DNA from: an uncultured bacterium
Lineage (GTDB): Bacteria; Krumholzibacteriota; Krumholzibacteriia; LZORAL124-64-63
NCBI GenBank assembly: GCA_963727525.1
Contig: CAVSGO010000008.1
Span: forward strand, 128,001 to 192,000
Length of the DNA stretch: 64,000 nt
Direction: 5' to 3'
The translations under genes and the position numbers were made by a program. Below, piece by piece: positions 63,513 through 64,000 of this stretch; position 1 is the first letter of the stretch; each line of letters begins with the position of its first letter. The notes beneath the pieces are model-generated. The model ran no database searches, had not been told where the DNA came from, and saw only the letters and a list, made by a program, of their open reading frames with translations.

Positions 63513-64000
63513 ATGCCCCTACGCTTCCTCCCCACTGCCCCAACCCTAACTGCAAATACCACAAGCCTCAGCCGCATTCCTGGCCCTTCGCGCTCTTCGG
63601 CACCTTCTCCCGAAAATCCCCGCCCTACACCGTCCAGCGCTACCTCTGCCTGGCCTGCGGCAGGACCTGCTCAGACCAGACCTTCCGCACCACATACTGG
63701 CTCAAACGCGCCGATCTCCTGCCCAAGGTCCATAAGCACGCCGTCTCTGGCGCCGCCAACCGCCAGATCGCCAGGCTCCTCGACACCTCGCCGACGACCG
63801 TCGACAACCTCCTCGCCCGCCTCGGCCGACACTGCATCCTCTTCCATCGACACCTGGTGTCCCAGGCGTCACCCTTCGTGGACATCGCCATCGACGGGCT
63901 CGTCACCTTCGAGCACTCCCAGTACTTCCCCTACGAGATCGTCACGGCCGTCGATCGCCCCTCCAGCTTCATCATCCACTTCGCCGAAGCCGAGCGGCGA
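63513..64000 (+). mobile_element. IS1-like transposase, 5' part, running off the window; apparent frameshift near the start
   Basis: Frame from 63530: PHCPNPNC...QRYLCLACGRT (Zn ribbon), NRQIARLLDTSPTTV (HTH), IAIDGLVTFEHSQ (first DDE Asp); absent from the ORF track because there is no stop in the window. Confidence 0.7.

Noticed and set aside
1-64000. CRISPR arrays, tRNA/rRNA genes, riboswitches, prophage structural genes
   Set aside because: No regularly spaced repeats, cloverleaf or rRNA signatures, or phage gene sets were recognised; covariance-model searches were not run.

Overview
High-GC bacterial chromosomal window with about 58 CDS. I recognised no rRNA, tRNA or CRISPR array. Five secreted proteins end in a FlgD-Ig/T9SS-like sorting domain (three with PNPFNP...WDG/WNG) and one ends in a TFGxVKSLFK tail. 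This pattern suggests, by inference only, a Krumholzibacteriota/Latescibacterota/Eisenbacteria-like lineage. Ordinary content: an SDR-GNAT-OsmC-ACT-SnoaL-carbonic anhydrase operon, proline dehydrogenase, GT2, SpmAB, folM-like/folB/folK, several peptidases (M24, S9, S8, M6), rlmH, a BamA/TamA-like + DUF4390 + NtrY/NtrX-like operon, a TetR-LolA-like-ABC operon and a truncated IS1-like transposase. The best candidate for an undescribed system is a compact, translationally coupled RiPP-like operon at 13548-15942. It has a sigma54-type promoter, a 64-aa precursor-like peptide (leader LGIQELHERLE, core with CCTCK), an LpxL/HtrB-like acyltransferase with a C-terminal RRE-like extension, and an M50 intramembrane protease, so it may make a ribosomal lipopeptide. 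Also notable: a nuoA/H/J/K/L/M-like cluster that has lost most proton-pumping charged residues, a multiheme cytochrome with an export C-terminal domain, a tetraheme-NrfC-NrfD module led by a tiny triple-repeat protein, and a duplicated fibre-like protein pair flanking a small CTD-bearing partner. All family assignments come from motif recognition by eye; no database search was run.
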